Shown: piece after piece, positions 1 through 10,329 of the stretch
Layout of the letters: each line of letters starts with the position of its first letter
How positions within the stretch are numbered: the stretch's first letter is position 1
NCBI GenBank assembly: GCA_951406725.2
Contig: OX597816.1
Location: 98,084,001 to 98,148,000 of the forward strand
Origin: Octopus vulgaris
Lineage: Eukaryota
Direction of reading: 5' to 3'
DNA length: 64,000 nt
Notes under the pieces: model-generated
Told to the model about the DNA's origin: nothing
What the model saw: only the letters and a program-made list of their open reading frames with translations
Database searches by the model: none
Position numbers and translations under genes: made by a program

Positions 1-392
1 TTACGAAATTGTTATCAAAGAAATGCGATTCTCAGCACATGAGTTCCAATTATAATTTCCTGCAGGGAGTAGGGATATTTTTTAGCGAATATGATAGTGG
101 GCGCTGGTTCATTTTTGAGATGCTGTCTACTGGGAACTATTATCAACAAAAAGAAAATGCATTCATAACAAATTCCACCAAAAAACCACTATTCATTTGA
201 TATATGGAATGTAATAAATAACAACAACAACAACAGTTATCCAATTTCATTTTCTAATTCATAGTTTAATGCATTTATTTATCAATCTAGATTTCTTTTA
301 CTGACATTTGTTATTTTTCTGAATATTATCCCAATATTCAGTAAGTTTTTTCCCTCGTTTTCGTTTTAATCTACCATCTAAACTCTCTCTCC

Positions 393-394
<2 letters not shown>

Positions 395-467
<73 letters not shown>
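395..467. repeat. (CT)n microsatellite
   Basis: Direct CT dinucleotide run with a short CA interruption. Confidence 0.95.
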
Positions 468-469
<2 letters not shown>

Positions 470-713
470 AACACTTAATGCTTTAAAGAAATATAATAAT
501 ACATTTCTCTTAAATTTGTTATATTCCCCAGTTACATTGAAAAAGATCTAAAATCTCTTTGGTGACTAGCTATACGCTCATACACATATACACTTAAGCC
601 TCACATTCAACTACCTGCTCTATTTCTAATTAAAATTTATCTTGTATAGTTGTTCGTTATTTCTCACTACATCTCAAACACAAACGGAATAACTCATGCA
701 CCACAAAAATACT

Positions 714-913
714 GGTACTTGGACGGTTACTACGAAGAATGTTGCACTTGATTTGATCAACGAAGCAGACTGCAAGTATTTGAGCACTCCACAGATATGT
801 GTACACTTAACATAGTTGTCAGAGAGGTTCAGCTTGACAATGTGATAAGGCAGGCCGTTTGAATAACAGATACAACTCATTTTTGCCAGTTGAGTGAACT
901 GGTGCAACGTGAA
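714..913 (-). mobile_element. SINE fragment (3' part), same tail family as 21373-21714
   Basis: The reverse complement aligns with the 3' part of the SINE at 21545-21714 (…gttgatc…tcgtcgtaaccga…gagtgcc). Confidence 0.7.
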
Positions 914-1600
914 CTAAACCGCGCATGCGATAGTATGCAGAATAACCTAACAGTGAAGCCACTCGCATTCACACACACATAGTAATGAAAATCTAAAGAA
1001 AGGTGAAATACTGCCGTATATGACACCACACAGCACCGATGTTTAAGTGTCATAATTGTATCTTAGCCAATGAGTAAAACCGTTGAAATGAGGCTCCCAG
1101 TTGCTACGACCTTGTAATATTACCTAAATGTAAGGCGTCGAGCTGTCTACCAGTAACTACAAATAGAACAGGTTGAATTGTTTCTTTTCAAGATAGCGCT
1201 CTCAGCGGCCACTGGTAGTAGTAAACACATTTGACCTCAGCTGACCCAAAGGGTGAGAAGATTCTTTTATCTCTATGGCTGACACCTCCACCATCTGCCA
1301 AAGCTATTTATAGACCTGTAGAATATGATTTGTTCACCAAACTGCTACCCAACTATTTCCACCAACAAAGGTAGTGGTGGTGATGGTGATAAGGATAAAA
1401 ATTTTAAAAAATATGCTGCAGCTGCTGATACTAAATACTACTAATACTACAATAATACTACAACTACTACTATTATGATAGCATAGGAATCTGAGGCCTA
1501 AGTACCACGCTTACTACTACCAGCACCCCTGCAACTGTTGGTGTTGCTGCAAACACTGCTGCTACTACACATGAAAACAATATTATCAATAATATCATTG

Positions 1601-1697
<97 letters not shown>

Positions 1698-1708
1698 TAA
1701 TAATAATA

Positions 1709-1790
<82 letters not shown>
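1601..1790. repeat. (AAT)n microsatellite
   Basis: Long trinucleotide run; the source of the poly-I and poly-L ORFs. Confidence 0.97.
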
Positions 1791-1793
<3 letters not shown>

Positions 1794-2061
1794 TGATGAA
1801 AGGAAACAGTTGGAGCCTCCTCAAGTGCTGATTATTGATACATCTAGTAATGGTGTCACAATAAAAACATTGGCAATTGCTCAATCTCATATGAGTGAAA
1901 ATGAAAAAACAAATTATTGTGAATAATAGTGGCAATGAAACTGAAACCAGTGATGTTGACAGTGTTACACCCGGTAGGCTCAGTGATTCTGGTCCAGCTC
2001 CAGCCTATCGAAATCTAGAAAGGGCCCCCCCACACGTGGCATAGATGGGGCAAGCAAATTA

Positions 2062-2172
2062 AGGCTCTGGTCAGAATATTTGCTGTAGCCCATCTTTTTA
2101 TACCAAGACAAAACATGTACATGATGACACTTCCAATTGGTTAAAATCAGAAGCCATGAGACACACTGCTTG
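2062..2172. repeat. Interspersed repeat fragment, second copy at about 2800-2923
   Basis: cagaatatttgctgtagc(c/t)catcttt…agacaaaaca…tgtaca…cttccaat…aagccatgag occurs at both places. Confidence 0.7.
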
Positions 2173-2923
2173 ATTTTTTATCATCATCATCGTCGTCCGT
2201 CGTCGTCGTCGTCATCATCACTATCCTCATAATTATCATCAATCATCATCATCATTATTATTATTATTGTATAATAGTTTAATATTTGTTAGATTGAGGC
2301 AAGTTTCTACTGCCTCACATGCTAAACCTCCATGTTGCTGGGGTATGTGCCGCATTTTGTGTTAATTTTTGCTTTTGGGAGTGTGCTAACACGTCTCGAT
2401 ACTGTATTGTGGAGGTGTATTTTGTTGTGTTACTGTCTGTATTGTGTGTTGAGTGTGTAGTGCTTTGGTATTCCAGTTTGAGAGAGAAGTGCATGCTATC
2501 AAATTGAAACTGGGGTATAAATGTACAATATGCGCGCGACATGGTGATCTCATATCAGAACAATAGCACATGAAATTTGCAGGTGGGGCCCAGTTACACT
2601 TTCCTTCAGGTCGAGTGGACCATCCCGCTCAAATGGTCCCTGAATAAGGAATGTTTGAAGATATTCAAACCCCCAAATTCCGCTCAACACATTACTATAA
2701 TACTCCCCCCACTACATCTGCTTGTGATCATAGATCACATAACGTCAGCCAATAAGGGACATACTCAACTGGGTAACGTCAAACAAATGACAAGAAAATC
2801 CATAGTACTGAGCAGAATATTTGCTGTAGCTCATCTTTAATATGAAGACAAAACAATGTACATTATAACTTCCAATAAGTTAAGCTCAAAAGCCATGAGA
2901 ACCACTACCTTGTACCGCATCAC

Positions 2924-2997
<74 letters not shown>

Positions 2998-3120
2998 TCC
3001 ACAGCTTCTAAAGCTGGAGATGTACTACGGTGTCAGCTGTTCACGACCAGTGAACTAAGGTAACACCTCTTATTTTTCGAGCTCTTCCGGAGTATTCGAG
3101 CGGGTCCAAGCAGTGCTGTT
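2924..3120 (-). mobile_element. 3' end of an RLE-type non-LTR retrotransposon (Dong/R4-like) with (TAA)n tail or target
   Basis: The minus strand reads TALLGPARILRK…EK-stop, like the C-terminal TALLGTARILRKVL of R4/Dong proteins. A short UTR and (TAA)n (2924-2997) follow. Dong elements are known to associate with TAA repeats. Confidence 0.6.
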
Positions 3121-3483
3121 AGCTGTTGGCGAAGGGCTTGGAATTTTTCAGCATTAGACTGCATATTATTTTCCTCAGCCCATCTATAAATTGAGTCCAA
3201 TTCCTGCTGCAGGGTTTCTGTATTTTCTGCTAGAATGATTCACTCTTATTCTCCGTGTTTTGAGACGTAATCGCTTTAGTCCCAAAAAGCTACATGTTGA
3301 CACTCACGGGGCCTCATTGTATTATCTTGTAATTCATGACATTTGATTGAGCCGTTTGAGAATGCATTGAGAACTGACAGAGAGACAAAGGTTTTAAAAT
3401 ATATATAAGTATATTCTATATATCATAAGTTCATACATTTGCAAAAGCGGCTTATTAATGAACACTGCTATTTATAATCTCCT

Positions 3484-3565
3484 CCCTGATGAGATTGATG
3501 CATTATTCCACCTTATTGTTCTGCCTGGATGAATTTTAATGTATCCATCGAAACAAATATGTCGG
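3484..3565 (+). ncRNA. Type I hammerhead ribozyme motif with long stem II
   Basis: CTGATGA at 3486-3492; stem II GATTGATGCATTA/TAATGTATCCATC; GAAAC at 3550-3554; loop AAATAT; GTC at 3561-3563; short stem I CC/GG. Confidence 0.7.
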
Positions 3566-3618
3566 TGATGTAAATGATTTAAATAACATCTTGTGCATTT
3601 ATCTTCAGTTTTCATTAT

Positions 3619-3620
<2 letters not shown>

Positions 3621-3669
<49 letters not shown>

Positions 3670-3792
3670 AGAGAGAGAGAGAGTGAGAGAGAGAGAGATA
3701 CACGAACGTATATATGTGTGTGTAGATATAAAGACACATATGCAGATTAGACAGACAGACAGACTGACAGATAGATAGTCAGAGAGACAGAC

Positions 3793-3861
<69 letters not shown>
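3621..3861. repeat. Compound (TA)n/(GA)n/(GACA)n/(GATA)n microsatellite
   Basis: Direct runs. Confidence 0.95.
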
Positions 3862-3862
<1 letters not shown>

Positions 3863-4495
3863 TGAGAGAGATAGATATGGTGATATTAGTTTTGCTTCCA
3901 TAGTTAAACTTCTCTTTCAGTGGGGAATTCTATATTGTACGGAAGCATTTTCTGTTAATTTTCCAATGAAAATTTATTTTACGTTGTATTTTATGGTGTG
4001 TTGCAATAGCTTCTGCTTACGTATAATATATTAACTGCTATGTTACATACCGTATATAGAATGTAGATTTACATAAAATGAATTTAAAAATATATATATT
4101 TATAAACTATATATCTCGATGAAGTTTAAACATTTATCAGTCTATGTTAAATATTCTCATATTTTCATATTTTGCGAAATTCTGCACAAATATATAATTT
4201 CATGTAGAGCCACTTGAATACATATGCATACACACGTAAACTCATACCCAAAACGACACAAACATATGTACATATATACACATTCTAGTAGACAGAAGAA
4301 AAGATATATAATCAATGAACATTACTCAGTAATTCAAAATATTCTGGCAAATTTAAAACTATATGAAATGTAATGCATATACTGTCAAAAGCTTGAACTG
4401 TGTATAATGATTTTAACCATATTTCCAAAGGCTCCACCGACGTTATATACCTGAATGCACACGTACAGACACGCATACCATTGAAACAATGTTAT

Positions 4496-4551
4496 GTGAC
4501 GAGCGGGCAGAATCGTTAGCACGCCAGGCGAAATGCTTAGCAGTATTTCGT
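4496..4551 (+). mobile_element. tRNA-derived SINE, 5' half (split by the LINE)
   Basis: gagcgggcagaatcgttagcacgccaggcgaaatgcttagcagtatttcgt matches the head of the uninterrupted copy at 35698-35910 and contains an A-box-like segment. Confidence 0.85.
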
Positions 4552-4724
4552 ACGTCTGTTATTGAAAATTTATTATTGGATTGTGTTCGCAAGTTTCTGT
4601 TAATTGACATATCTCTTGTTGTGCCTATTGTTAGACTTATTGTGGAAAAAAATTGTAGCATAGTTTTCTTTCGAAAGCTACTTGTGGTTTTCTCAGGTGG
4701 GGGAAAACATTAGTAGCCAGCAAG

Positions 4725-5990
4725 ATGCCGAAAAGTGTGTCTTTGTCGGGTGATGAATCATCGACTGAACGGGAAGCAAGGAAAATAGAAAGTTTAATTT
4801 TTGATAACGTTTCTGATGTGTCGGAAAGCGAATTCCCGGCATTACTAAAAGTTACGAACACCAAAAGAAATATAGAAGAAAGGACCATCGAAAATGAAGA
4901 AAGGAAAAGGTTTGCGTCAGCAGCCGGTAGTGGAACGCGACAGCTGTCAACTGACAAAGAAGAATCACTAAAATACAAAGATATAATAACAGAACGAGAT
5001 GGAGTAGTAAAAGTGGAAATACGAGAAGAATTAACGGAGGAAAAAAAGAAAATTATTATTTTCAAGACATTCTGCTTAAAAGCTCGTAAAATTGATAAGA
5101 TATGTGAGCCAAACATTGAAAAAAAGGCTAAAACCCATCTGGCAGGATATTACATATCTAACCAAAGGGAAGAAGTTTGGAACCATCGTGGTGAGGTTCA
5201 AGAACGCACAAACGGCACAAAAAACATTCTGTAAAATCTTTGGAGTCGGAAGACACTATGTTAATCCCAATGTACACGGGAATGAGAACATCAAAGGTGA
5301 GAATACCAAGAATTCCACTCAGAGTTAATCCTTGATGGCGGCACACCTGGCAAACAGGGAAGATAATATTAACCTCCTGCAGGCTACCGTCGCTGAGAAT
5401 AATATTGGACTGATCAAACGTTTAACCTCATAGTGTTGACTGACTAAAAAAATTTAGAACAGCTTCCAGAAATCGTGGAAATAGGGGAGAAAGTTCTAAA
5501 TATTTTTGTTGAGGTGTGTATGCTCCAATATTTCCAGTGTGGCCAACTGGGTCACATTAAAAAATATTGTAAAGAAGGTGCAGAAGAATCAGACGGTGAG
5601 GAGGAAGACAGAGAGAGCGAAAGAAACTGAAGGAAAAATAAACAACGAAAGGAAAATAAAAGGCTCGAACCAGCAAAAGCAGAGCGAACCAAGAAAAAAA
5701 AACAGTCAAGAGAGAGAGAGACCGAGGATGGCGGAGGGGATGACGAACAGAGGAATAGCTGCACTACACAGCAAAAACGAAGACTTAATACGTGAGATAA
5801 AAACAAAAAATCAGCAACTAGACTAATTGAATTTTATGAATTGGACAAAAAAACGTATAACATCTTGTTTAACACATATAGAAAATCGGTCTCAACATTG
5901 AGATTTGATTTTCACCAATCTATGTTTGAAAGCTTGCCATCTCCGACCCTAAGTCAAGAAAAGGTGGAGAGTCTCTCTCCACAGGACGCC
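4725..5990 (+). pseudogene. LINE ORF1 (gag-like), frameshifted
   Basis: Consecutive + strand ORF pieces. About 5529-5570 translates YFQCGQLGHIKKYC, a CCHC knuckle with the first Cys mutated. Confidence 0.7.
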
Positions 5991-6019
5991 TCGATCTAAA
6001 AGCTCAGTCACGCCTATCC

Positions 6020-8450
6020 ACATTGATTGTATAAATGTTCGTGACCTGATGTCGAGTTGGATGCAAGGGCGCTTCCTAAATGACATCAGATCCATAAATT
6101 TGGATGTAATTGTTGCAACGGAAAACCGGGTGAAGGGGGCAAGAGATCTGCTCCCCCTCCTGAACAGCTACGAGAAATATGTTTCTCCGAGTCGGGAGGA
6201 AGGTGGGGTGGGGTGTTGGTCCTACTAAAAAGAAACCGGGTAGCCGAGAAAAAGTTTTTTCCTGACCCAGAAGGCAGGTTGGTCGTTCTTGACCTGACAT
6301 TCAGTTGTGGCAAGATAATTAGACTAGTTGCTATTTATGCACCCAACATGGGCCCGCAAAGGGATTATTTTCGTGTCCTGGGCAAGTTCCTAGCCACGTC
6401 GCATTCGCTAGTATTTTTAGGAGACTTTAACACAATATGTGAAGCACACATATTGTGTTGGTTCGAACATGAACAGAAAATGTAACCCAGGCTTACGGGA
6501 TCTGCTAAGTCAATTTCAGCTAGCAGATCCATATAGGTTGGAACACCCGAACACTCATCAGTGGACGTGGTCAAATAATGACGGGTCTTCCAGAACATAT
6601 CTAGTTAGGATTTTAATTAGAGAAACAGATAAGTTCATAGCCGAGTGTCCACAGTTTTTTTCTAGTCAGCTACAGTGACAACAAGATGGTTACCTGTAAG
6701 CTGACGGTAGATAAGTTGCATAGTCAGGGATCTGGCTACTGGTAACTCAATACGTTCCTTTGGCGATTGAGGAGTACAGAAAGCGGATCAAGATGTTAAT
6801 ACAGAGGGCATTAACAGGTGCCATGGTTAATAATAAATGGTGGTACGCCCTAAAAGAACCATCAAATATGAGTCTATTAGGTTTAGCATAAGTTTAGCTA
6901 AGATGGTCTAGTTAAGGAACTAAAGGAAGCCTGGAGGACTGGTAATGCGGACAAAGCGAGGGTGAAAAGACTGGAGTTAAACCAGCATCTTGAAGGCCAA
7001 CGCATGAGAAGTATTGCCAGAGTTAAGTTACGTGCGATAGGAAGTGAAGGAATCAAGGCTGCTGGATGGGCCCGAGTGGAGGAAGCTTGGCAAAGAAATA
7101 GTTCCACTAGTCGGTCTTTGACAAATCAAAACGGTGTCTTGGTAAACGAATGTTAGAAAATGTGAAGCCTTTTGGAAATACTTCGCCCAGCTGTTCGGGG
7201 GTAACGGCGGTCTTGGTGGTGGAAGAACCCTCGAGGAATTTCTAGCCGGGTTACTGTGCCTTTCAGGGTCGGATGCAGATTCTTGCGAAAGGCCAATCAC
7301 GCCTGGGGAGGTGATGGAGGCTTTGGACGACTGTAAAGCGGGTAAGTCGCCAGTACGTGATGGTCTTCCGTACGAGCTGTGTAAATGTATGCCAGACTTG
7401 TTCGGGCATCTACTGGCTGACGTGTACGCGAACTGGCAACTTCAGACAGCGTTGTTGGGCGCTGGACGGAGGGACCCGTTAAGTTGCTGGACGTTTGGTG
7501 TGGACCAGGCCTCCAGACAGAGAAGAACTGGACGGAGGTATTGAGCAGGGTGGCTGCAGTAGCCAAGACCTGGTTTTGGCGGTAGTTAACTCTGAAAATG
7601 AGGTTGGAGGTGGCCAATGTGTTTATCGTATCGGTCATTACCTACCGCCTGACCGTGAGAAACTTCTGGATTCTCCTGAATAGTGAACGGGTGTGGTCTC
7701 CGCTGGCCAGACAAATGTTCTCCGAGTTCAAAAGTTTTTGAGAACAGGGAACCTGGTTTTCTCGTAGACCGAGGTCGAGTGAGTGGCATAAAGAGTTCCG
7801 TAAGGCCCGCTTGCTATTCCGGCGCTCGGGCAACGTCAGCGGTGGGGTTTCCACACGGATTTTATATTGTGGGTTGGTAGAGTCTGAATGCGACGATGGC
7901 CTGGGGGCGACTCTAGGTGTCGGGTTTATTCAACTGGACAGCCTGTTTCACCGTACATCCGGGTTGAGAACGTTGGACAACTTCCAAAAGTCCTTAACCT
8001 GGAAATGCTACAGAGGTGCCTTGCCCGTTTGCGATAAGCTCGCAAGACACGGTAATCGTCAGTCGCCGACCTGTCCAAGATGCTGGGGGGGGGGCAGGGA
8101 AAACGTCCCTCACGCTATTGTTCGGAGTCCGGAGATAACTGAAATGTGGGCTTATGCTGTACACCTGTTGTCCGGCGAAGGACTGACTCAGTTATAAAAA
8201 TTGACCCACCGGGAGTTTTAACGAACGAAGGGAAGAATTGTTTTCTTACGGTTGTAGCAATAGCGAAAGCGACAGTATGGAAGACTAGGGTAAAAGGAAT
8301 TAAGACAGGCAACTTTAACTTTGGCCACAATTTACGATCATTTTTTTCTTTTCATTTTGAAAAGGAAATTCTGGATGGAGAAAAGATGTCTGTTGGAGTG
8401 TACGTTCCAAAAAAGATGGAAGCATATTGCACGAGTATTGTGCATGCAGG
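6020..8450 (+). pseudogene. LINE ORF2: APE endonuclease, RT start and C-terminal zinc finger, disrupted
   Basis: Motifs INVRDL, DVIVATE, GRLVVLD, IYAPN, FLGDFN, WTWSN, GYW*LN; KSPVRDGLPYE (RT start, about 7344); WKCYRGALPV…CPRC…ENVPHAI (zf-RVT-like). Multiple stops and frameshifts. Confidence 0.88.
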
Positions 8451-8702
8451 GAACCGTATGAACAGACGAAAAAAAAGAACAAAAAAAGGTACCAGCGGTA
8501 GATCGAGGCTCGTGGGGTCGGAGCGTGGCCTGATCATCGCTTCATTTGTATTGTCTTTGTATTGTTAATTCCATTCGATTTTTTTCTATTGTACTTAGAT
8601 TTTTAAAGTCACATTATATGTAAAATCATATCGCTTTACTGATCCCATCAGTTGTTCTGTCCATTTCTATGTTTGGCCCCCGGTGGGCAATAAAGAAATT
8701 GA

Positions 8703-8831
8703 TATTTCGTCTGCCGTTACGTTCTGGGTTAAAATTCCGCCGAGGTCGACTTTGCCATTCATTCATTCGCACTGGGGTTGATGTAATCGACTTTATCTTT
8801 TGTTTGAGACCCGTGGGAAATAAAGAAATAA
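8703..8831 (+). mobile_element. tRNA-derived SINE, 3' half
   Basis: tatttcgtctgccgttacgttctgggttaaaattccgccgaggtcgactttgcc…ctggggttgatgtaatcgactt continues the SINE (B-box-like segment). It ends gtgggaaataaagaaataa. Confidence 0.85.
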
Positions 8832-10329
8832 ATGTTATGCACTTTCCAAAGCTACCGCACTTCAGCCCACATAAGCGCTAAATTCTAAAAAAAAATACAT
8901 ATATTTAGCTCAAATACAAGGGAATATAAGTATAGTTTCGGAATCCGAAAGAAGTCCATAGCTGCTTGATGCTCTACACTTTTTCCATTATTACATCTAT
9001 GTACTGCTATTTAGGTTCGTGGTATGTTCAAAAGAAATACACACTGCGCTTCCTTTACTTAACAGACCATTGGTTCCAGATCTTTGTTTAAATATTCACT
9101 TTCTTTTAATAACCTATCACCATATTTTTCAGACTTTCACATTTTTCTCTGAAACAATAAACCACATTATTCCTCAGCAATTGAAAACTTTAGACATTTA
9201 TTGCTAACTTCTTTTCTTTTTTTTATTTTTTTACTAAAAATGCAGCTTTCTATTTTACAAAATATATTACAAAAGAAATTTATCGCAACTAATTAAATTA
9301 TCACTTCGCTGAATCTTGAATTTCTAGAAAAACTCATTTTATACAATACACACACACGACCAGCAAACACACAGAAAAGTACACACGCACACACAGACAA
9401 GCACACACACACGTACACATACACCACACACACAATAATTTATCAATAATTCCAAACAAAAAATAATGCCGCAGTGCTTCAAATATAAGCTGAAATCAGT
9501 GTCTGTGTGTGATGTCAGTTATAAATGCCGAAACTTATGTAATGATTACTAAGAAATGTAAAAGAAATGCCAACATTAAACAGGTACTGATTGAGGTCAA
9601 ATCTGCGAAATTGTATTCAAAGGTAACCTGTAATTTAAATTCAAATTCACAGATTATATATTTTCAACAATTAGGTGGGATCATATAATCGAGTATTAAG
9701 AAAGTGATTTAGCCTGCTAAAATCCCATAATAACTATGCAACTCATATGTATTATATATATTTTTTATCACGTTTATGTATTGCGCTCCCATCTCTAGAG
9801 ATCCCCTTTAGTATTTCATGATACTAAGCAGTCAGTAACAATGAGTAACGAAAACATATATGCAAGTCGCATGAACGTTATTAAATTTCCATTCTGTAGA
9901 ACGGATTAAACCCATTTATTTTAAAGAAGTGATACTAGTAGAAGCAGTAAGTCTTTAGTAGTGATATATGAATATCGCATTTACCGAACAGGTTTTGTGC
10001 GTATTGTGTTCTCGTATAAATTCAGTTTTTTTTCTATTTACTGTAATCCTATTGTTTTTCATCGATTCTCATAAACCAATCTGTAAAATATTCTCCTCTA
10101 TTCAAATCTTGCCATGGTTCTATTAGGTTTCCAATGCCTTGAACGTAGAAATTAGCGGAACTCGACTCATAGAATTGATGAAGGGAACATCTCGCCGACT
10201 GATGGAGAGAGATCGGAAAAATGATTATCTGACACCACTATATCAGGAAAATACGGTGGATTTGATGAAACCTCTCAACCAAATACCTCATGGGAATTCC
10301 AACCATATTTCGTGGATCTCTACCTCAAC

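Larger units (their letters stand above)
4552..8702 (+). mobile_element. Tx1/L1-clade non-LTR retrotransposon, decayed, RT core deleted
   Basis: ORF1 with a zinc knuckle, APE endonuclease, RT N-terminus and C-terminal zinc finger occur in order. The 3' end is …gtgggcaataaagaaatt. Flanking direct repeat TATTTCGT at 4544-4551 and 8703-8710. Confidence 0.9.
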
